In this document: one piece after another, positions 41,090 to 53,780 of the stretch
Layout: every line of letters begins with the position of its first letter
How positions within the stretch are numbered: position 1 is the first letter of the stretch
Source of the DNA: Camelus ferus
Taxonomy: Eukaryota
Length of the DNA stretch: 64,000 bases
Direction of reading: 5' to 3'
Assembly: GCF_009834535.1 (NCBI RefSeq)
Contig: NC_045697.1
Span: 34,164,001-34,228,000, forward strand
Notes under the pieces: model-generated
Databases searched by the model: none
Seen by the model: the letters and a program-made list of their open reading frames with translations, nothing else
Told to the model about the DNA's origin: nothing
Position numbers and translations under genes: made by a program

Positions 41090-42149
41090 GGTGTTTTCCT
41101 TTAGTGGTCCAGAATCTATCTTCTGGGGAAATAAGTAACATGATAAAAGTTGTGCTTTAGGAATATCAGTCCACTCGGGTCGTGAGAATGGCTTCCATAT
41201 AGATTTGCCTCTGCTACTCAGTCCAGGGCACTAGTGGGAGTAGATGCTAAGTACAGGAAGAGATTCATAGAAGAGCCACTGTGAAGAAGAACCCAATGGA
41301 ATTTAGTGAACTTTGGTGATTTTTTTTTTTAAGCTTCGGAGGATAAAAGTACCACTGATAGAAATAGGAAGCATTAAATTCATCTCAGGTAGAAAGGACT
41401 GGAAATGATAACAAGACAGGCATCCTAGTGGAAATGCCCAATGGACCAGTAGGAACGTCTTATAGAATATCTGGAAGGAAGGAAAGGCTACAGAGAGAAA
41501 TCTGAAAGTCGTCAGTCCATTTAGAGGTGATTTTGAAGTTAGGAGTTTGACTTAGTCCTCGAGGGAGAACATGTGAAGAGCTGAAAGATGAGCTTTGAGC
41601 ACAAAGATAGCACCCATTTCAGCCTTTGGGAAGACTTCACAGGTCCCCTTGGACAGATGCTGTCGCCCTTCTGAGATCTCTGAGCATTTGGCATATTTCT
41701 TGGGTTCACCTCAGTGCTGTGAAACACACTCAAATTTATAAGGCATTAATTCTAAATTTTTCAGACTAGAGATTCTGTTCTATTCTACTTTCCAAGTCAC
41801 AGTAAAAAGATACCTAGGTTTAAAAGTCTAGTTTTATAATACGCTAGTATATTCTGAATAAATGTTAGGCTCATTTGACTGACCAAGAGTTCAACCAGAT
41901 GACATAAGTTTTTTGTGGTGGTTGTTTTGGGAGAAAAATAACTCAGAGTCTTGTCCTAATAGTAGAATTGTCTTCAATTTTATATGAACCAGTGATTAGG
42001 GAAGGCTTCTCTGAAGAAGTGGTGTTCAAGCTGAAAACTGTAGGATGAATGTTGTTCATTATTAGAATTCTTCAGTGGCTTTCCCCCCAATTTTTTAAAG
42101 ACCTGTAAAGAAAACAAAATAACAATTTTTCCCCTTTATAACATGATTT

Positions 42150-42217
42150 GGAAATAAGGAAAAATTAGTTCTTTTTTCTTAAATAAGGAAATAAGGAAAA
42201 ATTAGTTCTTTTTTCTT
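42150..42217. repeat. 31-bp direct repeat with 6-nt spacer
   Basis: ggaaataaggaaaaattagttcttttttctt at 42150-42180 and 42187-42217. Confidence 0.9.
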
Positions 42218-45200
42218 TTACTCATGTCTACTCTAAAGGGAATCAGAAAAATTGATGTATAGAAAAATGAAAAAATAGTAAAGCCCATGGCTTTTATTTT
42301 AAAGTCATGGAGCACTTTACTAAAACAGTGCTGTGAATTATTCGATGACATTTAAATGCTTATTATATGCCTGGGAAAGAAAGGTGAAATGTTGGTAACA
42401 GTCTCTGCCCTCAAAACATAGCTGTAGGGAATACTATTTCACAGTGATTATATGATGAACAAAATCCATATTTTGACCAATTTTAAGATAGCTAATGCCA
42501 GATTTAGTGAATGGAAAGAATACTTCTTATACATATTTTGAAGTACAGATTCTTGTACATAAATAATTGCTGATTTTCAGTGCCACTTTAGAGCTGATAC
42601 TGTGTGTATTTGCTTTTCTAGGTTGCTCCAAAAAGTTCTAATCCTGATTTTCTCTGTAGTTGTGTAGCCTTGGGCAGATCACGTAAACTAGCTAAATTCC
42701 AGTTCCCTTCATTTGAATAAAACAGTATAGGACAGTATGCATAGTACCTAGCCCTTTCTAAGTGCCAAGTAAAGGGTAGCTATTGTGATTATTGTAGGTG
42801 AATAGTGACTATAAGCTAGAGTTTTTGTCGCATTATCAAGTCATTTAATCAATATTTGAGAATTCCTTAAAACATTGTATGATTTTATAAATATTAAAAT
42901 TGCCTAATGGAAGACCTGCTATAATTTTTTTCCCCCTCAGGTGTCCTTTTATACATAATTTGGATCTATTTTAGACAATTTGCATATAAATTTATATGAG
43001 ATGCAGTATTATTCTCAACTGTTTTGAGGTCTAGTCCAAGATACCACTTTATGATTGCATTTATTAATAGAATTGGGTAGCTCTTTATGTCTTTTTATTA
43101 TATCCTATTTAATTGGCTTTTGTTTGGTGTTGTAGAAGAAATAATGCCTATATTCTACCCCCCCCCCCATTTGTTCTTGGAACAAATTTTAAAAGTACAA
43201 AGAAGTAAAGGTGGGCTATAAGACCATGCATTGCTGGTGTAAATGAGTTAACTTAAATTCCTATGAAATACAAAGAAATTACTTTAGAGGACAAATTATT
43301 TCTCAGAAAAATTAAGTTGAAAGTATGGGGCCATTAAATTTTGCAAGCTTTTGGAAAAAGCATATTAACATTTCTGTGCAGATAATTTAGTTCTTATTTG
43401 TAATAGGTAGTCTTTCACAAGGTGTTTAATTTTCTTTGGGAAACTCTCATTGGGAAATAGCAAATGTCACTATAGAAATTAAACATTTAAACCCTGTTAT
43501 ACCCCAATTAAATTAGAATGAACTACTATAGAAAACCTGACTTTCTTAAGATTGCCTTTAAAATGGCAGCCTTTTGTAAGGTTTTAAGGTTAGCTTCAAA
43601 GATAATAGAAGTGTGTTGAAAATAGAACTATTAATCATCCAACAAATCTAAGCGCCTACTATATTATAGGCACTGAGCGATTTAGAGATTTAAACAAACA
43701 AAAAAAAAATAGATAAAATGCCTGCGCTCCAGGAACTTGCATTGTTTTCTGATCTTTAAACATCACCATATGGTTGATTTTAGGAGTTTAAAAATACTAG
43801 CTGATATTTATATTTTAGGACCTTCCCATAAATCCATAGAATTTCGTGGTTCTTGAAATGAGACTAAATACCAGTGTCCTTCTAAGATATTAACCTAATT
43901 TATGTGTGACATTTTTCAGTGCAGTGGTTCTTGAGATTCACTTTCTAATACACTATTGAACCATGTTTTGTTTGGTGGTCATTGGTAAGTTACTTTAGCT
44001 GGGAGTAAAGACTAGTATTTGAGAGGTGGGCTCTGGAGCTACCTGCCTTGTTTCAAATCCCAGGACTGCTAGGAAGTACGGGACCTTGAGCCAGTGACTT
44101 AACCCGTCAAAGCCAGTGTTTTCTCATTTATAAAAGGTGCGGGAGTGGAGCATAGTACATTCATAGGACCAACTACATAACACTGATAGAAAAATTAAAT
44201 GACTTAAATATAAAGCATCCAATAAATCTTAGCTGCTCTTGTGTCCAATGATTATCCATTATTTGCTTATTATAAATTATTTCTAGTATTTCATTGGAAA
44301 AATACTAAAGATCGTCAGAAAGAAAAATTCATAATTTCACCCTTTCTTGCTTTAGATTTGTTAAAGTAAGAAGTAGAAGTCCACATTTTCCACCTTTTAT
44401 CCAGTGGAGTCACTGTCAATAACATGTATTCAACATGTATTCTTCCTAACTTTTCCCAATGCTTATGGAGCAGAACTGTGTGACATGGAACTTTTCAAGA
44501 AGCAGAAAGGATCTTGAAGTTTGCCTGAAGAGGGACTATGAGAGCTGTATCCTGACGCATGAGAGTCATACAGAAGCCCAAGTATCCAAGCAGATGCAAA
44601 AAAATTCTAGTTGTACTTTTAGGCTGTGTGAGAAGAAGGAAGTCCTTTTACTAGTTCTAATTTAATTCTCTACCAGGAAGGAAATATGGCCTCATTTTGA
44701 GTCTACCATGATGACAAATTTTCAAAGCTAGTTAAAACTGGCAGTGAGCATTGTCACTTAGCTTGTTGCTTTCACCCCGTGCCTGTGTCCTTATGCCTCT
44801 GCTCTCAGCATGAGTCCTCTCACCGAGATACTGTCCCACCTTCACCTTACTCACCTTGATCATCCTTCAGGACTCACCTCTTCCAGAGCTAAATGCCCCA
44901 GGCGTTTGCTCCCTTAGTGGCCGGTGCATACCTCTCTCTTATGAAGTAGCTGCTTGTGTCCCTCTTTGAGATTTTGACCATAACTTCTGTAGGGTGGTGA
45001 CCATATCTTAATCACTTTTGTATTCTTAGCACCTAACATGGTAACTGGCATAAATTAATATCAGTATATGTTTCCTGCCCTGAACTAGCTAGCTGTTGAG
45101 GAAATTAGCTATTTTATTTTTAATCCTGGTTATGCACCCCAAGTGGGGAAAAGTGAAGTTAATTCAGTTATACAGTTGGCTTCGTTTGAATATTGTTCCA

Positions 45201-45347
45201 ATGTAGATTATGGATATTTGTCCCTTAGATGAATTCTACTTCCTGTATTTGAAAGATAAAATCCTTAATCCTAATATTCAAGTCTGTCTTGTCTCCCTAC
45301 TTTCACAAATTCTCAGCACAGCTTTCTTCATAGAAAAAGTAGAGGTC

Positions 45348-45618
45348 GTGGTAGCTCACAGTGAAAAAAAAAATGTGACAACGAATATATGTATGTTCAT
45401 GTATAACTGAAAAATTGTGCTCTACACTGGAATTTGTAGAGGTCGTGGTAGCTCACAGTGAAAAAAAAATGTGACAACAAATATATGTATGTTCACGTAT
45501 AACTGAAAAATTGTGCTCTACACTGGAATTTGACACAACATTGTAAAATGACTAGAACTCAATAAAAAAAATGTTAAATAAATAAAAATATATAGCTACC
45601 CATCTCAAAAAAGAAAAA
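45348..45618 (+). mobile_element. Young 5'-truncated L1 3' end (camelid-type) with 16-bp TSD and internal tandem duplication
   Basis: TSD agaaaaagtagaggtc at 45332-45347 and 45619-45634; body gtagctcacagtgaaaaa...tgtataactgaaaaattgtgctctacactggaatttgacacaacattgtaaaatgact..aactcaataaaa. Confidence 0.88.
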
Positions 45619-48008
45619 AGAAAAAGTAGAGGTCATTAAGCATGAAGAGTGTATCTCGGTTCCTTCTTACACGTCTTCACCTCCTCTCTTCAGACGTTAC
45701 AGGAAGCATTAACTTCCCTCCTTGTAGTAGTGATCCCTTCATCTGTATTCTTAGTTCCGTTCCTCTGTGCTTCTCCGCAGCCTCAACCAGCACCCCCCAC
45801 TCTGTCCTCTCTCTTCTACTTGCCTTCTGCATGGCTTCTTCCCTGCATGTTATGTGCATGCTCAGCTCTTTCATCTTTCTATCCTTCAACTTTCCACTGC
45901 AGTGGCTACTCTCACCCTTTATTCCTTTCGTAGCTAAACTTCATGAAATATTTGACTTCTTTACCTTCCAATCATTCCCTGATTCACTGGAGGTCTCACT
46001 CCCTTCTTCACTCTCCCCATCTACAGTTTCACACTATCAGCTTGATAGCAGACATCCTAATAATGACATACCACAGGCATGACCTCTTTGTGGCTTTTTT
46101 TTTTTTTTTTTTTTTTTACAAATGACACCCTTTTTGAAATTTCCTTTTTTATTTTTGTGACAACACTTCCTGTTGGGTCTTCTTTTACTTCTCTGTCACC
46201 TTGAAGTCTCTTTCCTTATCTGATGTCATATCTCATATTTTTCCCTAGTGTCAGCTCCCCTCTACGTACCCAGGACTTCTAAATTTATATTTCTGCTCAT
46301 GAACTTCAAGTCAGAATACTCAAATTGCTGGACCACTTCAATTTTATATCCTACTTCAAATAAAAACTTTCCAAACTAAATTTATTATCTTCCCTATGAT
46401 GCAACCAGTTACTTCTAAAATCTGGGACATGGTGAAAGGCATCATTCATCATACAAGTTAGAAACCATAGTGCCATCCTTGATAACTTCTTTGCATGTAA
46501 TAAGACATAAAACTTGATTATCTCTAGTACCCAAACATATCTTGATTTAACCTCCTTCCATCCATCCTTTGCTACTACTTTAATTCTAACCATCTTCATC
46601 CCTCCCTTGAATTATTTCAGTAACTTTCCACTAGTTTCTTGGCCATTCCTATCCCTAACTAGCCTGCCACCCAGCAGTCCATCCATTACTCTGTAGCGAG
46701 AGTTAGCAAGTACAAATAGAATCATATCCTTCTGTGAACCTTTAGTGATTTTTCCCTCGTCTATGGAATGAAATCACTGATCCTAGGTATGGCAGTAGGA
46801 CTGAACCTTCAAAATACTGCCTCTGCCCACCTTTTTGATCTTACCTCTGTTACTTCCCTCCATGGAAGCGTGAACAAGTGTGTACAAACACTGGGGGAAA
46901 AAAGACTGATAAAACCATTGATTTGCCTTTCTCCATAAACTAACAAACTCACGTGTAATTAAGGATTTCCTTTAGTTGGATTCAACCAGATGCATTAGAT
47001 ATTTTGGGAGAATGTGTCCTGAAAATGTTCTTCTTAGGTAGCCCTTTAAGCTAAATATATCTTGAAATAACTAATGTTATTCTGTATAGGAGAAGTTATA
47101 CAAATATGAGCTTAGAGTGTCATTTCTATTTAATATGATACATTTATTTTTAATATATAGGCCATATAGCTTGGACTATAACTATCTCCCAGGGTTCTTT
47201 TGACAATGAATTTGAATATTGAGCTTCAGAAATGTAGTAGAAAATAAATCCTTACTTTTAAAATAAGTACATTTTAATGACAAATAACTAATATTCGATG
47301 ATACAAATTTCCTGATTTTACGCTAAGAAAAATGCTTTGTGGAGCCTAATTCATGCCATTGGTATGAAAGGGCATGAGAAATTTGGCAGAAACTTTAACG
47401 TGAAGCAAGGTGTTTAAGGCAAATCAACCTCAACTGATGTCTTTCCTTTAGAAAGAGTTGAATATATAGATGGAAAACTACACCTTTGAAAAGGGTTAAA
47501 GTTTGCCATTCTCCTTCCTGGGGATCAGCTGCAGCCAACTCAGGACTGTTTTAACTAACAGTATTTCTGTTAAATGATAATTAGAGGTGTTAATGTGGTG
47601 GTACAATTTTTAAAATGTTGTGTCTGGGTATTTTTTTTCAATTTTCTTTAATTTATCCATCCTGTCTGCCACATGGGAAGCTCTCTGAGAGCAGCTAATA
47701 CGTCTTGTACACTTTTGGATCCTTGACACCTGACCAAGGACAGCATACAGGAATTGCTTCATACATGAACAAGCCTGCCCAATGTTCATTTTCATTTTAT
47801 TCCAGGATTACTCAAATAGCATAATGGTTCAAAATCTCACAGGAAAAAATAACTGAAAAATATGTTTTGGCAGCCTAGTAACTCAATTTTCAGATGAAGC
47901 AAGTTGTGGCATCTAAGTTTTACCAATTCTCTGTCTTTCCCTTTTAGCATTTGATGGATTAAAATTCACCCTCATACTTTAAATTATATACTAAAATGTA
48001 AAAAAACA

Positions 48009-48168
48009 CTATAACACAGGAACTATATTCAGTACCTTGTAATGGCCTATAATGAAAAATAATGTGAAAAGGAATATATAGATGTATGAATGAATCACTG
48101 TGCTATATACCGGAAATTAACACAATGTTGTAAATTGACTATATTTCAATTTAAAATTCTTAAAAAAT
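48009..48168 (+). mobile_element. L1 3'-UTR fragment just upstream of the exon 4 acceptor
   Basis: ggaactatattcagtaccttgtaatggcctataatgaaaa...aattgactatatttcaat is the reverse complement of the 2477/6885 type. Confidence 0.8.
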
Positions 48169-48219
48169 ATATGTATTTTGGGCTTAATATTCTTTTCAAT
48201 CTTTTATTTTCAACTTCAG

Positions 48220-48424
48220 GAAAGAGAAAAAATATGTCGACAGATGCTGGAAAGATGTTACCGTTGGGGACTTTATTCGCCTTTCCTGTAACGAGGTCAT
48301 TCCTGCAGATATAGTGTTACTCTTTTCCACTGATCCAGATGGGATCTGTCACATTGAGACTTCCGGTCTTGATGGAGAGAGCAATTTAAAACAGAGGCAG
48401 GTGGTTCGGGGATATGCAGAGCAG
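48220..48424 (+). CDS. ATP10D: ATP10D exon 4, actuator domain with DGES motif
   Basis: ttcag|[75 protein letters not shown]; donor CAG|gtaaat; 205 nt. Translated by hand because this frame is not in the ORF track. Confidence 0.96.
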
Positions 48425-48889
48425 GTAAATAATGTGTTTTCCTCTGGTAACATTAACGTTTTCTTTTCAGAAGATGACTGAGCTCATTTTCACCTGCACA
48501 GAAAAAGAGATTTTTAAATTCATTTTTACCTTTACAAAATGCAATCCCAGAAGGCTTAATCCGGTTCCAAATATCAGTCGAGATGTGCTGTATTTTATAG
48601 GTAACAGATATAATGGCTTCAAGGTTCAAACATGTCAATCTGGCAATCATATTTTTGGAACTGAATTTAAGAAACCTAGCAAATTTTGCAATTTGGAAAA
48701 TTTTAATTTTGCAATAGAAATGATCAACTTCTAATTTATTTTTCTTAATCTTGGATTTTTATATGTTACATTGTATTATCAATTGGTCATTGTTCATAAA
48801 ATCTACAATGACTTACATACCAAAGCCTTTTAAGACTTGTGTAACTTCTCATTCCACAGAGCTTCTGACCCTTCCCCATAATGTGGTAA

Positions 48890-49100
48890 GGGAAACAAGA
48901 ACTTTGAAGTTATATTAACACAAGTTTGAATGAATCCCAGCTCTGCCATTTAATTACTGTGTGACTTTGGGCAGGTCTCTTAAACATTTTATTCCTGTTT
49001 CTTTATCTTAAAATGGAAATGATGATATCTCCCCAATAGCATTGTTGCGAAGACTCAGGTGCAGTAGTATATATAAAAACGTCATGCATAGCATCTAAAA
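48890..49100. mobile_element. MIR SINE
   Basis: gaatcccagctctgccatttaattactgtgtgactttgggcagg...gtttctttatcttaaaatgga. Confidence 0.75.
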
Positions 49101-49899
49101 ACAGGTTTTCCTCCCCTTTCTCTGGAAGCACCTGTGATGAGATATTTTAAAATGTAACTTTTTTTTTACTTGAACTGCTGTTAAGTCAGATTTCTTATAT
49201 GTTATACACTAAAAATATTTTAGCGTACTAACATCCTTATCTTCGGTAAATTCCATCTTGTCACAGTAAGTCCATCTTTCTCCCTAGAGATTCTTTAGAT
49301 CCTCTGTGATTATTACGCTTCTCAGCTTACTGTCATTGCCACATTTGTAAGCATTCTTGTACCTAAAACATTGGTAAAAATCTTATACAGCTTGGAATTC
49401 TGCTACATACCACTGAAGACCTGCTTTGAGGGTGATACCAGTTGATTAATCAGCAAACTTTGAGTTCAGTCAAGGCTGAGCTCTCCAGAATCTGATGACC
49501 TCCATTGTCATCTTGGTTCTTAGCACCTTCTTGTTTTGAGACCTTCAGCAAATTACTGATCCTTTACGTGTGGCTCTTTCTTCATCTGTTAATTGGGCCT
49601 GATTATAGTACCTACCTCATAAGGTTGTGAAGAAGAAAATAATTAAAGATATTTTAAGGGCATCATATAGATTCTAGTTCATCAGAAGAACTCAGTAAAT
49701 ATTGATTATTAGCAAATCAAATCATAGGATCATACAACTCACATTTTCCAAATGTTTGCTGATATACATACAAATATTCTGAGATATATCAATAGCATTT
49801 ATCTTATTAGCCAAAATACCATATAAAAAAGGAAATGAGATAAGGTTGATGGGGCTTGTTCTTAGTGAGTCTGTGCCTAATAGAATCCATGCCTATTTT

Positions 49900-50074
49900 C
49901 TTTCTTTTTTTATTTTAGTTAAGTTAGGTTTTTTTGGAGGGGTGGGTAATTAGGTTTACTTAGTTGTTTTTTTTGTTTTGTTTTGTTTTGTTTTTGCTGG
50001 TGATACTGGGGATTGAAATCAGGACCTCGTGCCTGCCAGGCATGCACTGTGCCACCAAGCTTTACCCTCCCCTC
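49900..50074 (-). mobile_element. tRNA-derived SINE (camelid-type) with 14-bp TSD
   Basis: TSD tccatgcctatttt at 49886-49899 and 50075-50088; minus strand reads ggggagggtaaagcttggtggcacagtgcatgcct...gaggtcctgatttcaatccccagta...aaacctaattaccc plus A-rich tail. Confidence 0.85.
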
Positions 50075-50637
50075 TCCATGCCTATTTTATGTCAAGACAC
50101 TTTGCATATTTAATCTTTGGTTTTGTGAAGCATTCTAAAATTACTCTTTGATCTATTAGAGAATTTTTTAAGATACTGCTATCTAGCATATTTTGATTTT
50201 TTTTAAATTTGCTGAGATCAAATGCATACATTATCAGAGTACTCATATATATGTACACTTAATCTCAGAAACTACCTATATGGTTTAAAGAATAACGACA
50301 AAAATATATTCAGCTTTTCAGTGGCTTCTGGATAAGAGTGTGCACTGTATGAGTAGAAAGAAGTTGTCTTCTGCAGGGAGAACTGCATGGATTCCAGTAT
50401 ATGATTCAGACATTCTTATCACCTGAAGATGTTTATTAATGTTCTAGGACCATTACGATCTCATATATTCATTAATAATTATGTCTGTACTTTCCTTCAT
50501 TTGGGCAATTTGTGACATAAATTTTGTGACAAGAATGCCTTAGTGTTATTTTAAAAATTGGTGAAAGGATAAACACTTAAACCTCAAGATATAACCTTGA
50601 ATTTTTGTTTTGTGATTTTTAAAAACTATATTTTCAG

Positions 50638-50723
50638 GACTCTGAAGTTGATCCTGAAAAATTCTCCAGCAGGATAGAATGTGAAAGTCCAAACAATGAC
50701 CTCAACAGATTCCGAGGCTTCCT
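50638..50723 (+). CDS. ATP10D: ATP10D exon 5
   Basis: ttttcag|GAC; DSEVDPEKFSSRIECESPNNDLNRFRGFL; donor CT|gtgagt; 86 nt, phase consistent. Confidence 0.95.
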
Positions 50724-51369
50724 GTGAGTGATACATGACTAATTGTGGGTGTGAATGGAATTGTATGTTGATTATATTTAACTCCAAAAAAAACCAAAAA
50801 ACCTTTTGTGTTGTGTACTTATACCCAAGTTAAATCAGTAAAGGCTAAGCCACCTATAAATTTGGCTTATTTTAATTATTTGATAAATATTTACCTTTGT
50901 ATATATTTAAAACAACAACAAAGCCTTGTTCTTAAAATAATCCTAGAATTTCTTTCAGAAGTGTATGGATGTCTTATGTGAGCTCCAAAGTTAAGCCCAA
51001 GACATGTTAGTTATTTGGAAGGAAGTGTTTGGACAGGCCTGACAGCTTAAGTGACATGACAGGATGGTGTCCTTCTACCCCATTAGAATTAGAGTGGCAG
51101 GTGGACAGTTCACTTGGTAAGTTAGTCAATGATTTTGAAACACATCTAAGAAAAGTTATGGAAAGCCACAACGGTGTTCATTCTGGAGGCTTCCTGTGGC
51201 ATCCACATCTCTTTCCAAGGGCAGCTAGAATTTAGGGTCTTACCTGACTTCAGGCTGGCTTCTGCCACTTAAGTGCTCTATTTTTTGAGCCAAGTTACTG
51301 ACTCTTTTTGATCCTTCCTGATTTTTAAGAGGAGTCAATTAGACCTACTTCATAGTGGTGATCTTGTGA

Positions 51370-53780
51370 GAAAATGGTAGAGAAGAAAAAAGTTCCTAAC
51401 TCATTTTTTGAGACCAGAATTATCCTGTTACCATTAACCTGATATCAAAAGAATATGAAGGGATTTAGGGGAAGATTAATATCCCTTATGAACACAGATG
51501 CAAAAAATTTACACAAAATTATAGCAAATCAAACTCAACAATACATAAAAGGATAATACATAATGACTCAGTGAGACCTATACCAAAAATGTAGGCTTGG
51601 CTTAGCATTAGAAGATCAAGCAATGTAATTTCCTGTATTCAAACTAAAAAAAGAAAAACCAGGTGACAATATCGTGGTCATAGAAAAAGCATTTGAAAGA
51701 CTCTAACTTCCATTCTTGCAAACTGAAAAAATAAAAAAAGGAAATTTCTCAACCTGATGAAAAGTGTTTATTTAAAAAAAAACTCTACTTATTGTTGAAA
51801 GACTAAACACTTTTCCCCTCAGATCAGGAACAAGACCTGGATATTGTCTCTCACCACTTTTATTCAAGACTCTCCTGGAGGTTCTGACTAATGTAGTCAA
51901 GAAAGAAAAGGAAGTAAAATCATCAAATAATAAAGAAGTAAAACTGTCTTTTATTCATATATGGTATGATGGTCTTTGTAGAAAACCTGATGAAATCTAC
52001 AAAAAACTACTAGAATTAATAAATGAGGTTAGCAATTTTGTAGGAAATAAGATCAGTGTACAAAAATTAATTATATTTCTGTATATTAGCAATGAACAGA
52101 TATTGAAATTTTTTTAAAAAATCAATTTATAGTAGCATCAGAAAAAATGAAATATTTAAGAATAAATCTGACAAAAGATGTGAAAGACCTGAACGCTGAA
52201 AACCACTGAACACTGTTGAGAGAAACCGAAGAGCTAACTAAATGGAGAGACATACGTTGTACATACATTGAAAGACTCAGTATTGTTAGGATGTCAGTTT
52301 TTCCTCATCTTGATCTATAGATTCAGTGTAATCCCAGCTGAAATCCCAGCAAGGATAATTTTTGAAGAAATTGACAGGTTTATTGTAAAAATTTATGTGG
52401 AGATGCACGGAACTCATCTAACTAAAACTACTGTGAAAAAGAAGAACATATGTGGAGGGCTAACACCGCCTGGCTTCACTTTGGCACAAAGGTAGACCAG
52501 CAGGTCACTGGAAAAGATTCTAGACTCCAGAAACCGACCCAGACACTTAGGGACTACTGGCTTTTGACAAGATGCAAAGGCAGTTTAGTGGAGAAGTGTT
52601 AAGTCGTTTTAACAATTGATGCTGCAGTAATTAGACATCCATACTCAAAAAACAAACAAACAAACAAACAAACCCTCAATCCAGACCTCTCACCACTTAA
52701 AATAATTAACTAAAAATGGATCCTGTACTTAAATGTAAGCCTGAAATTATAAAACTTAGAAGAAAGCATAGGGGAGATCTTTGGTATCTTGGATTAAGAG
52801 AAGATTTCTTAGATATAACACCAAAAGCACAATCCATAGAAGAACAAAAATAAGTAAATAAAAGAGCTTCATCAAAATTAGAAATTTATTCTCTTCAAAT
52901 GACATTACTAAGTGAATGAAAATGAGTCACAGACTGGAGGAGAATATTTGCAGTGCATGTATCTGATAGAGGACTTGTATTTAGAATATATCAAAACTCA
53001 GTAATAAGTAGGCAAATAATACAGCTTTTTAAATGGTAAAAAAAAAATTGAACAGACATTTCATCAAAGAAGATACATAAATGACAAATACCTGTGTGAA
53101 AAGATGCAAGTTAAAACCATAGAGCTACAACTGCTAAATTAAAAGGACCTACTGTACCAACTCTTCACAAGAATGTAGAGGAACTGGAACACTCCAATAC
53201 TGTTGGTAGGAATGGAAAATGCCGCAACCACTTTAGAAAATAGTTTGGAAATTTCCTTAAAAGTTAAATACACATTCACCATATGATGTGGACATCCCAC
53301 TCCTAAGTAGTTACCCAAGAGAAAAGAAAACATTTATCCATGTACTAATCTGTACACAAACAAGCAAAACAGCCTTGTAATAGCCTGAGACTAGAAACAA
53401 TCCAGATATCCATCAACAGGTAAGTGGATAAACAAATGGTGGAGTATCCATACAAGGAATACTACCCCGCAGCAAAAAGGAATTCACTAGCAATACATGC
53501 AGCCATGTGGATGCATCTCAAAATAATTATGTTGAGTGGAAGAAGCCAGGCCAAAAAGAATACATAGGATTTGATTTATATAATCTTCAAAAATGAAAGC
53601 TAATTTATAATGATAGAAAGCAGGTTAGTGGGTACCTGGGATCGGGGGGCAGGTGGGAAGAATGGATTACAAAAAGGCATGAGGAAACTTTGGGGAATGA
53701 TGGATATGTTCACTTTCCTGATTGTGGTGATGGCTTCACAGGGGAAACATCAAAATATCCATTTTTACACTTTAAATTTT
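51370..53780 (+). mobile_element. ~2.4 kb degenerate old L1 (ORF2 3' part and L1MC-like 3' UTR), sense in intron 5
   Basis: atcccttatgaacacagatgcaaaa, gaaaaagcatttga, ORF 52268 (FFLILIYRFSVIPAEIP resembles L1 ORF2 LPKLIYRFNAIPIKIP), ccactttagaaaatagtttgg, atccatcaacaggtaagtggataaac. Confidence 0.9.

Noticed and set aside
49995..50074. tRNA gene on the minus strand
   Set aside because: Degenerate A/B boxes, an A-rich tail and a TSD show it is a SINE head.
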